From: an uncultured Actinomycetota bacterium
Lineage (GTDB): Bacteria > Actinomycetota > UBA4738 > HRBIN12
Assembly (NCBI GenBank): GCA_963788925.1
Contig: CAWBIH010000002.1
Span: forward strand, 664,115-728,114
Reading direction: 5' to 3'
DNA: 64,000 nt
The notes beneath the pieces are model-generated. The model was not told the origin of the DNA. It saw only the letters and a program-made list of their open reading frames with translations, and made no database searches. Positions 58,468 through 64,000 of this stretch are shown piece by piece. Every line of letters begins with the position of its first letter. The stretch's first letter is position 1. The translations under genes were made by a program, and so were the position numbers.

Positions 58468-60422
58468 GCCTCCCCGCTCCGCCGTCCGCCCGAGTGTGCG
58501 ACCCCTCGTTCCGGGGACGGGACCGCCGATCGGTCGGGGAGGGGGACGACCTCGGCGACCATCCCCCCGACATCCTCGATCGCGAGCCGAGATGGATCCG
58601 ACTCATCCGGCAGCCACACGTCGAGCGTGGTTCCTTGGCCCGGCAGGCTCCAGAGCGTCGTCCAGCCGCCTGCCATCTCGGCCCGCTCGCGGATCGCGGC
58701 CACGCCCAGGTGGCCGGGCGCCGCGACGACCGCGTCCTGGGGCTTGAACCCGACACCGTCGTCGACGATCTGCATCAACGTGCCGCCGTCTCGACGGTCC
58801 AGTGTGACGCGAACCTGTCTCGCCTTCGCATGCTTGCGGGCATTCGCGAACGCTTCCTGGGCGATCCGATAGAGGATGAGCGAGGTGCGGACCGACGGCT
58901 CCTCGTCCATCTCGTCGTCCTCGATCGACCAATCGAACGACGAGTTCGAGTTCTCCAACAGGTAGGTGAGCGCCGATCCGAGCCCTTCTTCCTCCAGGGT
59001 GGGCGGACTCAGGTCGAAGAGCAACGTGCGCATGCTCTTGATCGTCAGCTTCATGACCTCGAGGGACTCGTCCACGTCGGAGAGGTCGGGATGTCGTCTC
59101 CGGAGCATCTCGAGCCGCATCTTCAGAGCGACCATCTTCTGCACGGGGTCGTCGTGGATGTCGTGGGCGATCCGGGTGCGCTCTTCCTCCGCGACTCGCA
59201 CGACGTGCTCCAGGAGCCGCTGCCGTTGCTCGTCGATCTCTTCGAGGTTCCCGATGACGTGTCGCAGCTCCTCGGTTCGCTCGGAGACCTTGGCCTCGAG
59301 CTCCTCGTTGTGTGCTCGAAGCTGAAGCTCGAGCCCTTGGATGGTTCGGAGCTGTGATTCACGCTGCTCCGTGAGCCACGCGTTGTGCAGTGCGAGGGCC
59401 GCATGCTCGGCGAACTGCTCGACCATCGCGATCACCCATCGACGGATGGTCGGATGGCCATTCCCCCGTTCGACGACGACGGCTCCGAGTCCCTGTCGCC
59501 GCCCGCGAAGCAAAGGGACCACGAGCACGTTCCTGGCGTCCGGGAGGAGCGATGCGAGTCGAGGATCTGTGTCGGGGTCGATGGCATGCAAGAGCTGGCT
59601 CGCGCGCTCCTCCCAGGCTCGCGACACCGACCGGTCGATCCCGACCGCGATGTCGGTGGGAGACTCGATCCCGGTCCACGCGAGGAGGTCGAGGTCATCT
59701 TGCGGGGAGCCGAGGACCACTCCTCGCTCGAATCCGAAGGTCGAAGACAGCTCTTCGAGAAGCACACGGGGGATGTCCGCGGCCTCGGGGTCGGTGTCCA
59801 CGCGAGCCACCATCGCGGAGAGCCGCGAGAGGTCGTGCTTCTGTCTACGGAGTTGGCGCTCGCTCGCGGCCGCGAAGAGCGCGGTGCCGAGAGCGAACAC
59901 CCACAACCCGGCGATGGTGAGTGTTGCCGCGTCCTCCACGTTCGCCTCGATGCCCGCCGCCATCCGTCCGTGCAGGACGCCCGATCGAGCGGCCTCGATC
60001 ACCAGGAGCAACAGCAGCGTGTGCCACAAGGCGAGCTTCAGGCCGGTCCGGTAGGAACAGAGCAGAGTCACGCCCACGACGTGGACGTACGGCATGAGTT
60101 GGATCGCCTCCGAGGTCCCCCTTGTCTGAGCGATCACGATGGCCAGGTAGAGGCCGTCCACCAGCAGGGACCCCTGCAGCACCGGCACCGCGGTTCGTCC
60201 GCCTCCGCGGACGATCGCGGCGACGAGGACCGAGAGAGCGAGGAATGCCGCGGTCGCGGTCGAGACCGCGACCGTCGCCTCGCTATCGGATGCCAGAACG
60301 ATGAACGTCACCATGCCCGCGAGCCCGAGGCGAAGGCCGGATAGGTAGCGCGAGCGCTCGGTGATCGAGAGCAGCTCGGCCGGGTCAGCCGACAGACCTC
60401 GATGCGCGGCTCGAAGGATCAC
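58464..60422 (-). CDS. Membrane sensor histidine kinase (multi-TM, GAF, HisKA_3, HATPase)
   Basis: About 6 TM; GAF LVVPL...ALALHNA; EERTRIAHDIHDD, YRIAQEA..NARKHA, DDGVGF. Confidence 0.92.
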   Translation of the reverse strand: MILRAAHRGLSADPAELLSITERSRYLSGLRLGLAGMVTFIVLASDSEATVAVSTATAAFLALSVLVAAIVRGGGRTAVPVLQGSLLVDGLYLAIVIAQTRGTSEAIQLMPYVHVVGVTLLCSYRTGLKLALWHTLLLLLVIEAARSGVLHGRMAAGIEANVEDAATLTIAGLWVFALGTALFAAASERQLRRQKHDLSRLSAMVARVDTDPEAADIPRVLLEELSSTFGFERGVVLGSPQDDLDLLAWTGIESPTDIAVGIDRSVSRAWEERASQLLHAIDPDTDPRLASLLPDARNVLVVPLLRGRRQGLGAVVVERGNGHPTIRRWVIAMVEQFAEHAALALHNAWLTEQRESQLRTIQGLELQLRAHNEELEAKVSERTEELRHVIGNLEEIDEQRQRLLEHVVRVAEEERTRIAHDIHDDPVQKMVALKMRLEMLRRRHPDLSDVDESLEVMKLTIKSMRTLLFDLSPPTLEEEGLGSALTYLLENSNSSFDWSIEDDEMDEEPSVRTSLILYRIAQEAFANARKHAKARQVRVTLDRRDGGTLMQIVDDGVGFKPQDAVVAAPGHLGVAAIRERAEMAGGWTTLWSLPGQGTTLDVWLPDESDPSRLAIEDVGGMVAEVVPLPDRSAVPSPERGVAHSGGRRSGEA

Positions 60423-61039
60423 ACGAACTCCACGATGTCGGACTCCACGGGCGCGAGCGCGAGCCGCGGATCGTTCCGATCGAAGCGATCCTGGATCGCG
60501 ACGAACCCGACGGCGAGTCCGAAGAGCGTGAGGACGATCGCCAAACTGCGTGCGACGCCCTCGAGGACGGTGTCGGACCGATCCCGGGATGTGGTGGCGT
60601 GGCCGCGTACGAGCGACGGTGCCGGTTCCGCCGGTGCCGGCCCAGAGCCGATCGAGGCATGCGGGCCGCGGCCGCCGGGGATGCGTCCGTTGAGTGTCCC
60701 TCCGTGTGGAGGAGCTTGGTGCGAGGTTCCCCGAGATCCTCGGCCGGGCGGATGATGGGTCCCACCGTGGCCACCTCCCCCGATGGGATCGGGCGGGTCG
60801 ACCCCGACGCCATCGAGGAGATCCTTCACGCGATCGAGCACGTCACCCGTCACCACGTCGACCGCATCGGTGACCGGGGCGACCGTGTCGTGCACGACGT
60901 GCTGGCCCGTGCCGACGGCCTCTTCCCCGAGGCAAACGAGGTCCTGCGGCGGACAGGCCGCGTGGGCGAACGAGACGCTCGCGGCAGCGATCGCCAGGGT
61001 GGACAGTGGGACCACGGTCGATCGTCGGATCCACCTCAT
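60419..61039 (-). CDS. Exported protein with signal peptide, Cys pair, Pro/Gly/His linker, C-terminal TM and short cytoplasmic tail
   Basis: SFAHA cleavage site then ACPPQDLVC; TM LAIVLTLFGLAVGFVAI; tail QDRFDRNDPRLALAPV; 4-nt overlaps on both sides. Confidence 0.75.
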   Translation of the reverse strand: MRWIRRSTVVPLSTLAIAAASVSFAHAACPPQDLVCLGEEAVGTGQHVVHDTVAPVTDAVDVVTGDVLDRVKDLLDGVGVDPPDPIGGGGHGGTHHPPGRGSRGTSHQAPPHGGTLNGRIPGGRGPHASIGSGPAPAEPAPSLVRGHATTSRDRSDTVLEGVARSLAIVLTLFGLAVGFVAIQDRFDRNDPRLALAPVESDIVEFV

Positions 61040-62343
61040 CGCGAGGCACCACCTCCGTGGGTTGAGGTGCTCGACGGAGCAACGTCTCTCGGCTCATCAT
61101 CGGCATCGGGGCTCCATCGCTTGACCCCCGCTGAGCCCCACATCCCGCGCTCATGGCTCAGCTCCGAGAGCGGAACCGGTTCCCCCACGATCGGTCCCTG
61201 GACCAGCTCGACGCCGAGGTTCCGAAGCTCATGCAGCTGCTCCTCGGAGACCACTCCAGGAGCGATCAACCTGGCTCCCACGTCCGATGCACAGGCGACC
61301 AGGGCGGCGACGATGGAGTGGCTCGAGAAGCTTCGGCCCAAGGATCGAACCAGCGTTTCGTCCAGGCGTGCCAGTTCCGGCGAAAGCAAGGTGAGGTGTC
61401 GAAGGCCGGCGAAACCCGGTCCGACTTCTCTCGCGGCGATCCGGATCCCTCGTCCACGAAGCGTCGCAAGGATCCCGCTCGGACCGGCCGCCCCGAGCAC
61501 CGACGCGTCGACCGGAGCGAGCGGCGAGAGTCCCAACACGACCCGATCGCCGATCGGCCGGCGGATCGCTCGACGGAACCGTCCCTCGGTCAGGGTCGAC
61601 GGGGTGACCTCGAACTCGAGGAAGAGGTCGTCCGGGATCGCAGGCAAACCCAGGAGGCCGGCTCGGAAGGCTGCCATCTCCATGTCGAGAAGCAGGTCGG
61701 CCGCTTCCGCGTCGGCGAGCCACGTGTCGTACGAACGATGAGGGAGGGTCGCCACGCGCGGCCGGGCCTCGAAGCCGACCACACGTCCGGCTGCGAGGTC
61801 CTCGATCGGTTCGAACTCGACGGTGATCGCGCGGTCAAGGATGGCCTTGGCCACGGCCGTGCTCTGCTGCGTTCGCCGGGGGAGGAGCGGGGAGATCAAG
61901 GTGAGCTGCGGTGGTTGTTCCGCCGCCGCGTAGTTCGCGTCGATGGTTCGATGGATCGTCCTCAGGATCTTGTCCGTCGAATCGCCCTTCGGGACGTAGG
62001 CGCTCGCCCCGGCGCTGATCATGCCGATCACCGTGTCCGAGTCCTCGTGAGCGGAGAGGGCGACCACCTTCGTCGGCGCGCACCGCCTGCTGATCTCCCG
62101 CGCCGCCCGCAGCCCACCACCCCCGGGCATCCGAACGTCGAGCAGGACGATATCGGGGCGCTCGCGCGCGGCCATCTCGATCGCGTCCTCCGCGTTGTGG
62201 GCAGCGCCGACGAAGTGGAGCGACGGATCGGATCCGATGAGGGAGCGGAGGACGTCTACGACGGTCTCTTCGTCGTCGGCGACCATAACTCGGATCGGGG
62301 TCGTCTCTTCAGCCTGTCCCGTCGGGCCTGCAGCTGCGCTCAC
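61036..62343 (-). CDS. Response regulator REC + degenerate EAL domain
   Basis: VADDE, LLDVRMP, YVPKG; EAL motifs altered (EAR, no N, GLSP, AREVGPG, APGV); SD GGAAGGAG before GTG 62343. Confidence 0.85.
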   Translation of the reverse strand: MSAAAGPTGQAEETTPIRVMVADDEETVVDVLRSLIGSDPSLHFVGAAHNAEDAIEMAARERPDIVLLDVRMPGGGGLRAAREISRRCAPTKVVALSAHEDSDTVIGMISAGASAYVPKGDSTDKILRTIHRTIDANYAAAEQPPQLTLISPLLPRRTQQSTAVAKAILDRAITVEFEPIEDLAAGRVVGFEARPRVATLPHRSYDTWLADAEAADLLLDMEMAAFRAGLLGLPAIPDDLFLEFEVTPSTLTEGRFRRAIRRPIGDRVVLGLSPLAPVDASVLGAAGPSGILATLRGRGIRIAAREVGPGFAGLRHLTLLSPELARLDETLVRSLGRSFSSHSIVAALVACASDVGARLIAPGVVSEEQLHELRNLGVELVQGPIVGEPVPLSELSHERGMWGSAGVKRWSPDADDEPRDVAPSSTSTHGGGASR

Positions 62344-62606
62344 GTGCGGCTCCTTCCTTCCTCCGAGGCCTCGCTGGCCTCGTTCTCGGGGCTCAAGGGC
62401 GGCGCCCGTGTATACCCAGAACCAGGTATCGGCAGCCACGTGAGCTGGGAGGATGGCTCCTTCGCATCAATCGTCTTGGCCCGGCCTGACTAGGGGGAGT
62501 CGACGTATCAACCGTCGTTCGCCCAGCCGACGATCCGGGCATCGGGCGGGGGCCGAACGGCCGTCTCGTCCGCGCCCGGCCTCGACGCTCGTGATATCCA
62601 TCCGCC

Positions 62607-63779
62607 ATGACCGACGTCCGGTACGACGTCGAGGCCCTCCGCCTCGAGCGACTGGAGAGGCTGCAGTCGGCGATGCGAACACACGGCGTCGACGTCTGCG
62701 TCCTTTCCAACGAGCCGAACGTGCGCTACGCGACGGGTGTCACCGCGATGCCGGTCTACTCGATGAGCACGTTCGTTCGCTGCGCCGTTGTGCCACAGGA
62801 GGGAACGCCGATCCTGTTCGAGCATGCGAACTCGATGCATCGCTCGGCTCTCCGCACGCCCGATGTCCGGCCGATGCGCGCATGGGAGTTCTACGACGAT
62901 CCCCAGGCGGAGGCGGACCGATGGGCGGACGAAACCTTGGCCGCGATCGGAGAGCTGGGCGCCCCCAGCCAGGCCATCGCCGTCGACCGCCTGGGCGCGC
63001 CGGCGTACCTCGCGCTCGCCAGCCGCGGTGCGTCGATCCGAGACTCTGCTCCGGTCACGCAGGAAGCGCGCCGTATCAAGACCCCTCAGGAGCTCGCATT
63101 GCTCGATGTGAACGCGGCGATGGTGATGGACATGCTCGCCGCGTTCGAAGCCGCGATCTCGCCGGGGATCAGTGAGCGTGAGCTGCTGGCGGTGTTGTCC
63201 GACGTGATGGTCCGTGGTGGAGGCGAATACCTGGCAACGACGACGGTCTGTAGCGGGCCCAACACGAACCCATGGAGAGCGGAGGTCACCGACAGGCGCC
63301 TGGAGACCGGCGATCTGGTCTATGTGGATACCGACACCGTCGGGATCGAGGGGATGTTCTTCTGCGTGTCGCGGACCCTCCCCGTGGGAAAGGCGACTCC
63401 GCTGCCGGAGCAGCGCGACGTCTACCGCGTTTCGTACGACTGGCTGCAGGCGATGGAGGCGCTCCTCCGGCCCGGCGTCAGCTGCGGGGAGCTGGCCTCG
63501 CTCGCTCCGCCGATCCCGGAACGCTTCCTCGCGCAGCGGTACGAGTGCATGGTCCACGGGATCGGATTGGAGGAGGAGAACCCCAGCGTGTGCCACCCGC
63601 AGGACCGTCAGTCGAACCCCGACACGCTGATCGAGGAAGACATGGCGCTCGTCGTCGAGCTCTACGCGGGCGAAGTCGGTTCACGACACGGCGTGAAGCT
63701 GGGCGACCAGGTCGTCGTCACATCGGATGGATGCCGTGTGCTCTGTCCCTTCGCCTTCTCCGATCTGCTCCTTTCGTAG
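62607..63779 (+). CDS. M24 (pita-bread fold) peptidase-family protein, DddP-like
   Basis: NVRYATG, SGPNTNPW, DTD, RYECMVHGIGL, VVELY, VKLGDQV. Confidence 0.82.
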   Translation: MTDVRYDVEALRLERLERLQSAMRTHGVDVCVLSNEPNVRYATGVTAMPVYSMSTFVRCAVVPQEGTPILFEHANSMHRSALRTPDVRPMRAWEFYDDPQAEADRWADETLAAIGELGAPSQAIAVDRLGAPAYLALASRGASIRDSAPVTQEARRIKTPQELALLDVNAAMVMDMLAAFEAAISPGISERELLAVLSDVMVRGGGEYLATTTVCSGPNTNPWRAEVTDRRLETGDLVYVDTDTVGIEGMFFCVSRTLPVGKATPLPEQRDVYRVSYDWLQAMEALLRPGVSCGELASLAPPIPERFLAQRYECMVHGIGLEEENPSVCHPQDRQSNPDTLIEEDMALVVELYAGEVGSRHGVKLGDQVVVTSDGCRVLCPFAFSDLLLS

Positions 63780-64000
63780 ACCCAGGGGATATGTCGGCGA
63801 GGTGGTTCGCTCGTATGAGTGAACCCGCCTCGAGCCGAGCTGCTCGAACTCGCAAGGTCGAACATCCTTGAACTGAGCCGCGCGAGCCGGCGGCGTATCG
63901 TTGCCGCATGGAGCCGGTACTCGGTGTGGAGGGCGGCGGCTCCCATTGCCACGCGGTCCTCGCCGACACCTCCGGTCGAGTCCTTGGGATCGGTGCGAAC

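Noticed and set aside
63780-64000. Possible gene fragment at the window end
   Set aside because: No recognisable motif or clear codon bias in any frame within the available sequence.
1-64000. tRNA, rRNA, IS elements, integrases, prophage
   Set aside because: None recognised by eye; no transposase or integrase motifs and no obvious low-GC island.

Overview
High-GC actinobacterial chromosomal segment (Actinomycetota inferred from the F420-dependent enzymes, the Rv3654c-Rv3660c-type Tad/Flp locus, the MsiK-like ATPase and the GT87 gene). It is gene-dense and carries about 8 apparent small-indel frameshifts, probably long-read errors. I saw no rRNA, tRNA, CRISPR array or mobile element. Main blocks: a GcvT-family dehydrogenase and small enzymes; a CpaE-like ATPase followed by an MtrAB/LpqB-like TCS with a GerMN lipoprotein; GT4 plus a glycogen-debranching-like enzyme; a vanadium haloperoxidase; Tad pilus genes; a pseudo-receiver/TM/DHDG-repeat protein; a large NAD-GDH; a candidate sigmaF/B-driven two-hairpin C-rich sRNA; a reductive pyrimidine-degradation operon running on into a cNMP-binding protein and a pseudokinase-STAND-TPR protein; a 13-kb CsnR-like chitosan/glucosamine regulon with two AGGAAAGTTTCCT operators, bidirectional promoters, non-canonical start codons and an added glucosaminate/Entner-Doudoroff branch; hydantoinase A/B; a four-gene REC-EAL/histidine-kinase operon; and a DddP-like M24 enzyme with altered metal ligands. 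All calls come from motif recognition by eye; no database searches were run.
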